A stretch of DNA of 64,000 nt from the human T2T-CHM13v2.0 reference genome, Homo sapiens. This document shows positions 23,101 through 38,100 of this stretch, piece after piece (the stretch's first letter is position 1; every line of letters starts with the position of its first letter). The notes under the pieces were generated by a model, which worked only from the letters and a program-made list of their open reading frames with translations, ran no database searches and had not been told where the DNA came from. Where the stretch lies: assembly GCF_009914755.1 (NCBI RefSeq), contig NC_060941.1. One strand, given 5' to 3'. The position numbers were made by a program, and so were the translations under genes.

Positions 23101-26100
23101 GAATGGAATTGAATGAACTCGAATGGATTGGACTGGAATGGAATGGACTCGAATGGAATGGACTGGAGTGGAATGGATTAAATGGAATGGAAAAGAAAGG
23201 AATGCAATGGAATGGAAAGTAAAGGAATGGAATGGAATGGAGTGGAATGGAAGAGAATCGAATGGAACGGCTTTGAATGCAATGGAGTGGAATGGAATGA
23301 AATGGAATGGACTCGAATGGAATGGACAGTAATGAAATAGAATAGAATGGAATGACATCGAATGGAATGGAATGGAATGGAATGGACCCAAATGCAATGG
23401 ACTCGAATGGATTGGAATCAAACAAAATGGACTCGAAAGGAAAGGTCTCGAATGGAATATATTTGAATAGAATGGATTCGAACGAAATACAATAGTATGG
23501 AGTGGCATTGAATGGAATGGAATTGAATGGAATGGACCGGAATGGAGTGGACTGGAATAGAATGAACTCGAATGTAATGGATTGCAATGTATTTGATTCA
23601 AATGGAATGGAATCGAATGGAATGTAATCAAATGGAATAGAATGGAATGCAATAGAATGGAATAGAATGGAATGCAATGGAATGTAACAGAGTGGAATCA
23701 ATTGGAATGGAATAAAATGAAATGGAATCGAATGGAATGGAATCAAATGGAATGGATAGGAATGGAATGGACTCGAATAGAATGTATTGGCACAAAATGG
23801 AATCGAAGGGATTGGAATCGAATGGAACAGAATGGAATGGAGTGGACAGTAGTGGCATCGACTGGAATGGAGTCGAATGGAATGGCATCAAACGGAGTGG
23901 ACTGGAATGGAATGGAATGGAATGGACGCGAATGGAATGGAATCAAATAGAATATAATCGAATGTAATGGAATCGAGTGGAATGGAATGGAATGGCATGG
24001 AATGGAATGGACCCAAGTGTAATGGACTCGAATGGAATGGACTCAAAGAGAATGGACTCGTATGGAATGGTCTCGAATGGAATATAATCAAATAGAATGT
24101 AATCGAATGGAATGTAGTAGTATGGAACGGAATCAAATGGAATGGACCAGAATGGAATGGACTCGAATAGAACGGACTCCAATGTAATGGAATGCAATGT
24201 AATTGATACGAATGGAATGAAATATAATGGAATGTAATCAAATGGAATGGAATGGAATGCAATGGAATGGAATAGAATGGAATGCAATGGAATGGACCGG
24301 AGTGGAATCGAGTAGAATGGAATCGAATGGAATGGAATTAAAGGGAATGGAATGGAATGGATTGCAATGGACTCGAATGGAATGGAGAAGAATGGAATGG
24401 AATCTAATGGAATGGATTGGAATGGAATGGAATTGAATGGAATCAAAAGGAATAGAATGGAATGGAGTGTAATGGAAAGCTATCAAATGGAATGGAATGG
24501 AATGGAATGGAATCAAATGGAATGGATTCGAATGGAATGGACTGGAGTGGAATAGACTCGAATGGAATGGAGTCGAATGGAATGGAATCGATTGCAATGG
24601 AATCGAATGGAATGGAATTGAATGGAATCTAAAGGAATAGAATGGAATGGAGTGTAATGGGAAAATATCGAATGGAATGGAATGGACTCGAAAGGAATGG
24701 ACTGGAATGGAATGGACTCGAATGGAATGGACTGGAGTGGAATGGACTCAAATACAATGGAAGCAAATGGAATGGAATGGAATGGAATGGAAAGGAATAG
24801 AATGAAATGGAATAGGTTGGAACGGAATGGAATAGAATGGAGTCAAATGAAATAGAATCGATTGGAAGGTCATCAACTGGACTGGAATGGAATGAACTCG
24901 AATAGAATTGACTGGAAAAAAATGGAATCGAACGGATTGGAATCGAAGGGAAAGGAATGGAATGGAATGGACCCAAATGTAATGGACTCGAATGGAATGG
25001 ACCCAAATAGAATGGACTCGAAAGGAATGGTTATGAATGGAATTTATTCAAACAGAATGGAATCGAATGGAATGCAAAAGCATAGAATGGAATTGAATGG
25101 AATGGACGGGAATGGAATGGACTCGACTGGAATGGACTCCAAAGGAATGGAAACTGATGGAATGGAACGGAATGGAATTTAATGGAAAGAAATAGAATGG
25201 AATAGAATCGAATGGAACTGAATGGAATGGAATGGAGTCGAATGGAATAGAATTGAATGGAATGGCATTGAATGGTATGGAATGGAATGGAATGGAATGG
25301 ACTCGAACGGAATGGACTGGAACAAAATGGAATCGAATGGAATGGAATGGGATTGAATGGAATGGAATGGAATGGAATGGAATACAATGGAGTCCAATGG
25401 AATGGATTTGAATGGAATGAAATTGAATGGAATCGAAATGAATAGAATGGAATTGGGTGTAATGAAAAGAAGTCAAATGGAATGGAATGCAATGGAATTG
25501 ATTCGAATGGAATTGACTGGAATGGAATGGAATGAAATGAAATGGAAAGGAATAGAATGGAAACAAATCAGATGGAACGGAATGGATTGGAATGGAGTCA
25601 AATGGAATAGAATCGATTGGAATGTCATCGAATGGAATGGAAAGGAATGGACCTGAATGGAATGGACTCGAATAGAATGGAAATGAATGGAATGGAATCA
25701 ATGGAAGTGAATGGAATGGAATGGAATGGAATGGAACAGAAAGGAATAGAATGAGATGGAATCTGTTGGAACAGAATGGAATCGAATGGAGTAGAATGAA
25801 ATAGAATCGATTGGAAGGTCATCGAATGGACTGGAATGTAATGAACTCGAATAGAATTGACTGAGAAAAAATGGAATCGAACGGATTGGAATTGAAGGGA
25901 ACGGAATGGAATGGAATGGACCTAAATATAATGGACTCGAATGGAATGGACCCAAATAGAATGGACTCAAAGGAATGGTTTCAAATGGAATTTCTTCGAA
26001 CAGATTGGAATTGAATGGAATACCAAAGTATAGAATGGAATCGAATAGAATGGACGGGAATGGAATGGACTCGATTGGAATGGACTGGAGTGAAATGGAC

Positions 26101-29100
26101 TCCAAAGGAATGGAAACTAATGGAATGAAATGGAATGGAATTTAATGGAAAGAAATAGAATGGAATGGAATCAGATGGAACTGAATGGAATGGAATGGAG
26201 TCGAATGGAATAGAATCGAATGGAATGGCATTGAATGGTATGGAATGGAATGGAATGGATTCAAACGGAATGGACTGGAACAAAACGGAATTGAACGGAT
26301 TGGAATCGAATGGAATGGAATGGGATTGAATGGAATGGAATGGACTGGAGTGGAATGGAGTCCAATAGAATGGAACCAAATGGAATGGATTCGAATGGAA
26401 TGGAATTGAATGGAATCGAAAGCAATAGAATGGAATTGGGTGTGATGGAAAGATGTTGAATGGAATGGAATGCAATGGAATTGACTCGAATGGAATGGAC
26501 TGGACTGCAATGGAATGGAATGAAAAGAAATGGAAAGGAATAGAATGAAAAGGAATCGGATGGAACGGAATGGAATGGAATGGAATGGAATGGAGTCAAA
26601 TGGAATAGAATCGATTGTAATGGCATCGAATGGAATGGAAAGGAATGGACCTGAATGGAATGGACTCGAATAGAATGGAAATGAATGGAATGGAATCAAT
26701 GGAATGGAAAGTAGAATGGAATGGAATTGGATGGAACGAAATGTAATGGAATAGAGAAGAACGGCATAGAATCTAACGGAATGGCATTGAATGAAATGGA
26801 ATGGAATCAAATGGAATGGAATGTAATGTACCCAAATATAATGGACTCGAATGGAATGGACTTAAATAGATTGGACACGAAAGGAATGGTCTCGAATGGA
26901 ATTTGTTCGAATAGGATGGAATCGAATGGAAGCCAATAGTATGGAATGGAATCGAATGGAATAGAATCGAATGGAATGGACAGGAATGAAGTGGACTGGA
27001 ATAGAAAGGACGCGAATGTATTGTATTGCAATGTAATTGATTTGAATGGAATGGAATCAAAAAGAAGTTTATCAAATTGAATGGAATGGTAAGCAATGGA
27101 ATGGAATATAATGATATGCAATGGAAAGGAACAGAGTGGAATCAAGTGGAATGGAATTGAATGGAATGGAATGGAATGGAATGCAATCGAATGGAATGGA
27201 ATGGAGTGGAATGGACTGCAATGGAATGGACTGGAAAAAATTGGATTCAAATGGATTGGAATCGAATGAAATGTAAAGAGATGGACTGGAATGGAATGGA
27301 CTTGAATCGAATGAAGTCGAATGGAATGAACTGGAATGGAAGGGAATGGAATGGAATGGAATCAAAAGGAATACAATGGAATTGGGTGTAATGGAAAGAT
27401 GGCGAATGGAATGGAATAAAATGGAAGGTACTTGAATGGAATGGAAACGAATGGAATGGAATGGAATGGAATGGAATAGAATGGAACGCAATCGGATGGA
27501 ATGGAATGGAATCGAATGGAGTCAAATGGAATAGAATGGAATTAAATGGCATCGAATGGATTGGAATGGAATGCAATGGAATGGAATGGACATGAATGGA
27601 ATGGATTCGAATGGTATAGAATCATTTGGAATGGCATCGAATGGAATGGAATGGAATGGAATAGAATGGAATAAAATGACATTAAATTGATTGGAATGGA
27701 ATGCAATGGAATGTAACTGACACGAATGGAATGGACTCAAATGGAATAGAATGATTTGGAATGGCATCAAATGGAATGGAATGGTATGGAATGGAATTGA
27801 ATGGACCCAAATGTAATGGACTCGAATGGAATGGACTCCAATAGAAAGGACAAGGAATGGTCTTTTCTGTTCCTTCTCGAATGCAATTTATTCGAATGGA
27901 ATGGATGAGAATGGAATGCAACAGTATGGAATGGAATCGCATCAAATGGAATTGAGTGAAATGCAATGGAATGGAATTGAATGGAATAGAACGGACTCGA
28001 ATGTAATGGATTGTAATGTAATTGATTCGAATGGAGTGGAATCGAATGGAATATAACCAAATGGAATGGAATGGAATGCAATGGAATGGAATAGAGTGGA
28101 ATGAAATGGAATGGAACAGAGTGGAAGAGAGTGGAATGGAACCGAATGGAATGCAATTGAATAGAATGGACTGGAATAGAATGGATTGGAACAAAATGGA
28201 ATCGAATGGAATGGAATGGAACAGAATGGAATGCACCCCAATGTAATGGACTCGAATGGAATGGAATCAAATACAATGGACTCGAAAGGAATGGTCTCGA
28301 ATGGAATTTATTCGCATAGAATGGAATCGAATGGAATGCAATAGTGTGCAATGAAATCGAATGGAATGGACCGGAATGGAATGGAGTTGAATACAACGGA
28401 TTCGAATGTAATGCATGACAATATAATTGATTTAAATGCAATGGAATCGAATGGAATGTAATCAACTGGAATGCAAAGGAATGCAGTTGAATGGAATAGA
28501 ATGTAATGCAATGGAATGGAAGGGAGTGGAATCGTGTGGAATGGAATCAAATAGAATGGAATCGAATTTAATGGAACCGAATGGAATGGACTCGAATGAA
28601 ATGGAATTGAACGGAATGGAATGGAATGGAATGGACACTAATGGAATGGGTTCGAAAGGAATGGAACCGACTGGAATGGAATTGAATGGAATCGAAAGGA
28701 ATAGAATGGAGTGGCGTGTAATGCAAAGATATCAAATGGAATGGAAAGGAATGAATGGAATGGGCTCGAATGGAATGGACTGGAAAGGAATAGACTCGAC
28801 TGGAATGGACTGGAGTGGAATGGACTTGAATGGAATGGAAACGAATGGAATGGAAAGGAATAGAATGGAAAAGAATAGAATGGGATGGAAATGGATGGAA
28901 GGAAATGGAATGGAATGGAGTCGAATGGAATAGAATGGAATGGAATGGAATGGCATCGAATGGAATGGAGTGGAATGGAATGGAATGGACACAAATGGAA
29001 TAGAACAGAATAGAATGGCATGGAATGGAATGGATTGGATTGAATCGAATGGACCCAAATGTAATGGACTCGAATGGAATGGACTCAAATAGAATGGACT

Positions 29101-32100
29101 CAAAACGAATGGTCTCAAATGGAATTTATTCGAATAAAATGGAATCGAATGCAATGTGATAGAATGGAATGGAATCGAATGGATTGGATTGGAATGAAAT
29201 GGACTGGAATATAATGTACTCGAATGTAATCAATTGCAATGTAAAAGATTTGAATGGAATGGAATCGAATGGAATGTATTAAAATGGAATGTAATGGAAT
29301 GCAATGGAATGTAATAAAATGGAATGCAATGGAGTGGAACGGAGTGGAATCGAGTGGAATGGAATCGAATGAAATGGAATTGAATGCAATGGAATCGAAT
29401 GGAATGGAGTGGAATGGAATGGACTGGAATGGAATGGACTCGAATGGAATGGACAGGAACAAAATGGAATGGAATGGATTGGAATCGAACGGAATAGAAT
29501 GGAATGGAATGGAATGGACTCGAAAGGAATGGAGTCGAATGGAATGGAATTGAATGGAATTGAAAGGAATAGAATGGAAAGGAGTGTAATGGAAACATAT
29601 CGAATGGAAATGGAATGTAATGGATTCGAATGGAATGGACTCGAATGGAATGGACTGGAGTGCAACGGACTAGAATGGAATGGAAACAAATGGAATGGAA
29701 TGGAAAGGATTAGAATGGAATGGAATCGGATGGAATGGAATGGAATGGAGTCGAATAGAATTGAGTCGAATGGAATGGCAATGAATGGAATGGAATGGAA
29801 TGGACTCCAATGGAATGTACTCGAATTTAATAGAATCGAATGGAATGGCATTGAAAGGAATGGAATAGAATGAAATGCAATGGACTCTAATGTAATAGAC
29901 TGGAATCGAACGGACTCAAATAAAATGGAATCGAAAGGAACGGTCTTGAATGAAATTTATTTGAATAGAATGGAATGGAATGGAATGCAATAGTATGGAA
30001 TGGAATCGAATAGAATGAAACAGAATGGAATAGACTGGAATAGAACGGACTCGAATATAATGTATTGTAATGTAATTGATTTGAGTGGAATGGATTCAAA
30101 TGGAATGTAATCAAATGGAATGAAACGGAATGCAATGGAATGGAATAGAATGGAATGCAATGGAATGGAACGGAATGGAATCGATTGGAATGGAATCGAA
30201 TGTAATGGAATGGAATGGACTCTAATGGAATGGACTGTAACAAAATGGAATCGAAAGGGTTGGAATCAAATGGAATGGAATGGAGTGGAAAGGAATGCAA
30301 TGCAATGGACTCGAATGGAAAGGAGTCAAATCGTATGGAATTGAATGGAATGGAATCAAACGGAATGGAATTGAGTGGTATCAAAAGGAATAGAATGGAA
30401 TGGAGTGTATTGGAAAGATATCGAATGGAATAGAATGGACTCGAATGGAATGGACTGCAATGGAATGAACTCGAATGTAATGGACTGGAGTGGAATGGAC
30501 TCGAATGGAATCGAAACGAATGGAATGGAATGGAAGGGAAAGGAATATAATGGATTGGAATCGGGTGGAATGGAATGGAATTGAATGAAGTCAAATGGAA
30601 TAGAATCGAATGGAATGGCCTTAAATGGAATGGGATGGAAGGGACTCGAATGGAATGGACTCGAATAGAATGGACACGAAAGGTATGACCTCTAATGGAA
30701 TTTATTCGAATAGAAAGGAATCGAATGGAATGCAATAGTATGGATTGGAATCGAATGGAATCGACCGGAATGGAATGGACTGGATTAGAACGGACTCGAA
30801 TGTAATCGAATGCAAAGTAATTGATTCGAATGGAATGGAATTAAAAGGAAAGTAATCAAATGGAATGGAAAGGAATGAAATGGAATGGAATAGAATGGAA
30901 TGCAATGGACTGGAATGCAGTGTAATTGAGTGGAAGTGAATCGAATCGAATGGAATCGAACTGAAAGGAATGGAATGGAATGGTATGGAATGGTATAGAC
31001 TCGCATGGAATGCACTGGAGTAGAATGGAGTCGAATGGAATCGAAACAAATGGAATGGAAAGGAATAGTTTGGAATGGAATCAGATGGAACCGAATGGAA
31101 TGGAATGCAGTTGAATGGAGTAGAACCGAATGGAATGGCATTGAATGGAATGGAATGGCATAGACCCAAATGAAATGAACTCGAATGGAATGGACTCAAA
31201 TAGAATGGACGCCAAAGAAATGGTCTCGAATGGAATTTATTGAAATAGAATGGAATCGAATGGAATGCAAAAGAATGGAATGGAATCGAATACAATGGAT
31301 GAGAATGGAATGGATGAGAATGGAATGGACTGGAATAGAATGGACTCGAATGAAATGGATTGCAATGTAATTGATTCGAATGGAATGGAATCGAATGGAA
31401 CGGAATGGAATGGACTGGAATAGAACTGACTCGAATGCAATGGACTGCCTTGAAATTGATTCGAATGGAATGGAATCGAATGAAATGTAATCAAATGGAA
31501 TGGAATGGAATGCAATGCAATGGAATAGAATGGAAAGCAATGGAATGCAACGGAGTGTAATCGAGTGGAATTGAATCGAATGGAATGGAATCGAATGGAA
31601 TAGAATCGAATGGAATGGAGTGGAATGGAATGGAATCAAATGGAATGAACTGGAACAAAATGGAATCGAACATATTGGAATAGAATGGAACGGAATAAAA
31701 TGGAATGGAACGGACACGAATGGAATGGAATCGAATGGAATGGAATTGAATGGAATGGAATCAAATGGAATGGAATTAAATGGAATCAAAAAGAATTGAG
31801 TGGAATGGAATGGAATGGAAACATATCGAATGGAATGGAATGGAATGGAGTCTAATGGAATGGATTGTAAAGGAATGGACTTGAAGGGAATGGAATGTAA
31901 TGGAGTCAAAAGGAATGGACTGGAGTGGAATGGACTCGAATGGAATTGAAACGAATGGAATGGAATGGAAAGGAATAGAATGGATTGGAATCGGTTGGGA
32001 CGCAATGGAAAGGACTGGAGTTAAATGGAACAGAGTTGAATAGAATGACATTGAATGGAATGGAATGGATTCGAATGGAATGGACTCGAATGAATAGAAG

Positions 32101-35100
32101 TCAAATGGAATGGCATCAAATGGAATGGAATGGAAGGGAAAGGAATGGACACAAATGTAATGGACTTGAATGTAATGGACTCAAATACAGTGGACTCGAA
32201 ATGAATGGTCTCGAATGGAATTTATTCGAATAGAATTGAATCGAATCAAATGCAATAGTATGGAATGGAATCGAATGGAATGGAATCGAAAGGAATGGAG
32301 TGGAATGGAATGCACTGGAATAGAACAGACTCGAATGTAATGGATTGCAATGTAATTGATTCAAATGGAATGGAATTGAATGGAATGTAATCAAATGGAA
32401 TGGAATGGAATGCAATGGAATTGAATAGAATGCAATGCACTTGAATGGAAAGGAGTGGAATTGGGTGGCTTGGAACTGAATGGAATGGAATTGAATGGAA
32501 TGGACAGGAATGGAATGGACTCGAATGGAATGGAATGGAACAAAATGTAATGGAACAGATTGGAATCGCAAGGAAAGGAATGGAATGGAATGGAATTGAC
32601 TCGAATAGAATGGAGTCGAATGGAATAGAATCGAATGGAATGGAATCAAATGCAATGGAAATGATTGGAATTGAAAGGAATACAATGGAATGGAGTGTAA
32701 TGGAAAGATATCGAATGGAATGGAATGGAATGGACTAAAATGGAATGGACTAAAATGGAATGGACTCGAATGGAATGGACTGCAGTGGAATGGACTCGAA
32801 TCAATGGAAACGAATGGAATGGAATGGAATGGAATGGAATCGGATGGAAAGGAATGGAATTGAATGGAATGCAGTCAAATGGAATAGAACTGAATGCAAT
32901 GGCATCGAATGGAATGGAATGGTCTGGAATGGAATCTACTCGAATGGAATGGACTAAAATGGAATGGAATCAAATGGAATGGACTGGATTGGAATGGAAT
33001 TGAAAGTAATGCAATGGAATGGAATGGAATGCAATGGAATGGAATGGAATGGAACAGAATGGAATGGAATCGGATTGAATGGAATGGAAGGGAATGGAGT
33101 TGAATGGAATAGAATCAAATGGAATGGCATCGAATGGAATTGAATTGAATGTAAATGAATGGATTGGACTCAAATGGAATGGCATTGAATGGAATGGAAT
33201 GGAATGGACCGAAATGTAATGGACTCGAACGGAATGGACTCAAATAGAAAGGACTAGAAAGCAATGGTCTCAAGTAGAATTAATTCGAATAGAATGGAAT
33301 CGAATGGAATGCAATAATATGGAATGGCATCGAAGGTAATGGACTGCAATGGAATGGACTGGAAGAGAACGGACTCGAATATAATGGATTGCAATGTAAT
33401 TGATTCGAATGGAATGGAATCGAGTGGAATGTAATCAAATGGAATTGAATGGAATGCAATGGAATTGAAGAGGTTGGAATGCAGTGGAATGGAACGGAGT
33501 GGAATCGAGTGGAATGGAATAGAAAGGAATGGTATCGAATGGAATGGAATCAAATGGAATGGACTGGAATGGAATGGACAGGAATGAAATGGAATGGAAT
33601 GGAATGGACTAGAATTGAATGGAGTCAAATGGAATGGAATCGAATGGAATGGAATTGAATGGAATCGAAAGGAATAGAATTGAGTGGAGTGAAATGGAAT
33701 GATATCGAATGGAATCTAAAGGAATGGACTTGAATGGAATGGATTGCAATGGAATGGACTTCAATGGAATGGACAGGAGTAGTACAGACTCGAATAGAAT
33801 GGAAACGAATGGAAAGAATGGAAAGGAATGGAATAAAATGGAATGGAATCGGATGGAACGGAATGTAATGGAGTCAAATGGAATAGAATCGAATGGAAAA
33901 GCATCGAATGGAATGGAATGGAATGCAATGGAATGGATTCAAATGTAATGGACTCGAATGGAATGGATTCAAATAGAATGGAATCGAAAGGAATGGTCTC
34001 AAAGGGAATTTATTAGAATAGAATATAATTGAATGGAATAAAATAGTGTGGAATGGAATCAAATGGAATGGAATCAAATGGAATGCAACGGAATGGAATG
34101 GACTGGAATAGAACTCATTCGAATGTAGTGGACTGCAATGTAATTGTTTAGAATGGAATGGAATCGAATGGAATGTAATCAAATGGAATGGAATGGAATG
34201 CAATCGAATGGAATTGAATGGAATACAATGGAATGGAATGGAGTGGAATTGAGTGGAATGGAATCGAGTGGAATGGAATCGAATGGAATGGAATTGAATA
34301 GAATGGAATCGAGTGGAATGGAATTGAATGGAATAGAGTCGAAAGGAATGGTCTCTAATGGAATTTATTCAAATAGAATGGAATCTAAGGGAATGCAAAT
34401 GTATGGAATGGAATCGAATGGAATGGACGGGAATGAAATGGACTGGAATAGAATGAACTCGAATGTAATGGATTGCAAAACAATTGATTCGAATGGAATG
34501 CAATTGAATGGAATGTAATCTAATGGAATGGAATGGAAAGCAAACGAATGGAATAGAATAGAATTCAATGGAAAAGAAAGTAGTGGAATCGAGTGCAATG
34601 GAATTGAATAGAATGGAATCGAATGGAATGGAATCGAATGGTATGGAATTAAATGGAATCGAATGGAATAGAATGGAATTGTGTGTAACGGAAAGATAAC
34701 GAATGGAATGGAATGGAATAGAATGGAATTGTGTGTAACGGAAAGATATCGAATGGAATGGAATGGAATGGACACGAATAGAATGGACTGGAACAAAATG
34801 GAATAGAACGGATTGGAGTTGAACAGAATGGAATGGAATGGAATGGTAAGGAATGGAGTCGAATGGAATGGAGTTGAATGGAATGGAATTGAATAGACTG
34901 GAATTCAATGGAATTGAAGGGAATATAATTGAATGGAGTGTAATGGAATGATATCAAATGGAATGGAATGGAAAGGACACGAATGGAATGGACTGGAATG
35001 GAATGGACATGAATGGAATGGACTGGAGTGGAATGGAATCAAATGTATTGGAAACAAATGGAATGGAATGGAATGGAATGGAAAGGGATTGAATGGAATG

Positions 35101-38100
35101 CAATTGGATGAAATGGAATGGAGTTGAATGGGATAGAATCGAATGGAATGGCATCAAATGGAATGGAAAGGAATTTATTCAAATAGAATTGAATCGAATG
35201 CAATGCAGTTGTAAGAATGGAATCTAATGGAATGGAATCGAATGGAATTAACTGGAATGGAATTGACTGGAATAGAACGGACTCGAATGTAATGGATTGC
35301 CATGTAATTGATTCGAATGGAATGGAGTCGAATGGAAAGTAATCAAATGGAATGGAATGGAATGGAATGGAAAGAAGTGGAATCTACTGGAATGAAATTG
35401 AATGGAATGGACTCGAATGGAATGGACTGGAATGGAATGGACTCGAATGGAATGGAATGGAATGGAATGTATTCGAATGGAATGGACTGGAACAAAATAA
35501 AATCAAACTGATTCAAATCGAACGGAACGGAACGGAATGGAATGGAATGGACTCGAATGGAATGGATTCGAATAGAATGGAAACGAATGGAATGGAATTG
35601 AATGGAATGGAATTGAATAGAATTGAAAGGATTACAATGGACTGGAGTGTAATGGAAACATATCGAATGGAATGGAATGGACTCGAATTGAAAGGAATTG
35701 AATGAATGTGAATGGAATGGAAACGAACGTTACGGAATGGAATGGAAAGGAAAGGAAAGGAGTAGAAGGGTATGGAATCGGATGGAAAGAAACGGAATGG
35801 AATGGAGTCGAATGGAATAAAATCGAATGCAATGGCATCGAATGGAATGGAATGGAATGGAATGGACTTGAAAGGAATGGACACGAATGGAATACAATAG
35901 AAAGGAATGGAATGGAATGCAACCAAATGTAATGGACTCGAATGGAATGGACTCAAATAGAATTCATTTTGAAAGGAATGGTCACGAATGGAATTTATTC
36001 GAATAGAATGGAATCGAAAGGAATGCAATAATATGGAATGGAATCAAAGGGATCTAAATCGAATGGAATGGACCGGAATGGAATGGATTGGAATAGAACA
36101 TACTCGAAAGTAATGGAATGCAATGTAATGGAATCGAATGGAATGGAATCAAATGGAATGTAATCAAATGGAATGAAATGGAATGCAACGGAATGGAATA
36201 GAATGGAATGCAATGGAATGAAATGGAGTGGAATCGAGTGGAATGGAAGTGAATGGAAAGGAATGGAATAGAATGGAATCGATTGGAATGGACTGGAAGG
36301 GAATAGACTGGAATGGAATGGACTGGAACAATATGGAATCAAATGGATTGGAATCGAAAGGACAGAGATGGAATAGAGTGGTATGGAATGGACTTGAATG
36401 GAATGGAGTCGAATGGAATGGATTCAAATGGAATGGCATCGAATGGAATGGAATGGAATGGACTCGAATGGACTGGAAACGAACGGAATGGAATGTAATG
36501 GAATGGAATAGAATGGAATGGAATGAAATAGAATGGAATGGAGTCGAATGGAAAGACATGGAATGGAATGGTATGGAATGGACTCGAATGGAATGGAGTC
36601 GAATGGAATAGAATTGAATAGAATGGAAATCAATGGAATCGATGGGAATATAATGGAATGGAGTGTAATGCAAATATATGGAATGGAATGGAATGGAATG
36701 GACTCGAAAGGAGTGGAATGGAATGGAATGGACTCGAATGGAATAAACTGGAGTGGAATGGACTCCAAAGGAATGGAAACGAATGGAATGGAATGGAAAG
36801 ATTGGAATGGAATGGAAAGCAATAGAATGGAATGGAAACGGATGGAACGAAATGGAATGGAAAGGAGTCGAATGGAATAGAATCGAATGGAATGGCATCG
36901 AATGGAATGGAATGGAATGGAATGGAATGGAATGGACTCGAATGGAATGGAAACGAATGGAATGGAATGCAATGGAATGGAATAGAATGGAATGGAATCG
37001 GACGGAATGGAATGGAATGGAATGGAGTGGAATGGAATAGAATCGAATGGAATGGCATCGAATGGAATGGAATGAAATGGAATGGAATGGAATGGACTCG
37101 AAAGAAATGAAAACGAATGGAAATGGAATGGAATTCAATGGAATAGAATGGAATGGAATCGGATGGAATGGAAAGGAATGGAATGGAGTCGAATGGAATA
37201 GAATCAAATGGAATGTCATCGAATGGAATGGAATGGAAAGGAATGGACTCGAATGGAATGGAGTCAAATGGAATAGAATAGAATGGAATGGCATCGAATG
37301 GAATGGAATGGAATTGAATGGAATGGACCCAAATGCAATGAACTTGAATGGAATGGACTCAAATAGAATGGAATCGAAAGGAATGGTCTCCAATGGAATT
37401 TATTCGAATAGAGTGGATTCGAATGGAATGCAATAGTATGGAATAAAATCTAATTGAATGCACCGGATTGGAATGACTGGAATAGAAAAGACTCGAATGT
37501 AATGGATTGCAATGTAACTCATTTGAATGGAAGGGAATAGAATGGTATGTAATCAAAGGGAATCCAAAGGAATGCAATGGAATGCAATGGAATTTAATGG
37601 AATGTAATAGAATGGACTGCAATGGAATGGAACAGAATGGAATGCAATAGAATGGAATGTAGTGGAATCGAGTGCAATGGAATCGAATGGAATGGAATCA
37701 AATGGAATGGAATCGAATGGAATGGACTGGAATGGAATGGAATCGAATGGAATGGACTGGAAAAAATTTTATCGAACGGATGGGAATCGAACGTAACGGA
37801 ATGGAATGGAATGGCATGGACTCTAATGGAATGGAGTCGAATGGAATGGAATCAAATGGAATAGAATCGAATGGAATGGAATTGATTGGAATAGAATGGA
37901 ATGGACCCAAACATAATGGACTCATAGGGAATGGACTCAAATAGAATGGACTCGAAAGGAAGGGTCTCGAATGGAATTTATTCGCATAGAATGGTATCGA
38001 ATGGAATGCAACAGTATGCAATGGAATCGAATGGAATGGAATCAAATGGAATGGAGCGGAATGGAATGGACTGGAATAGAACCAACTCGAATGTAATTCA

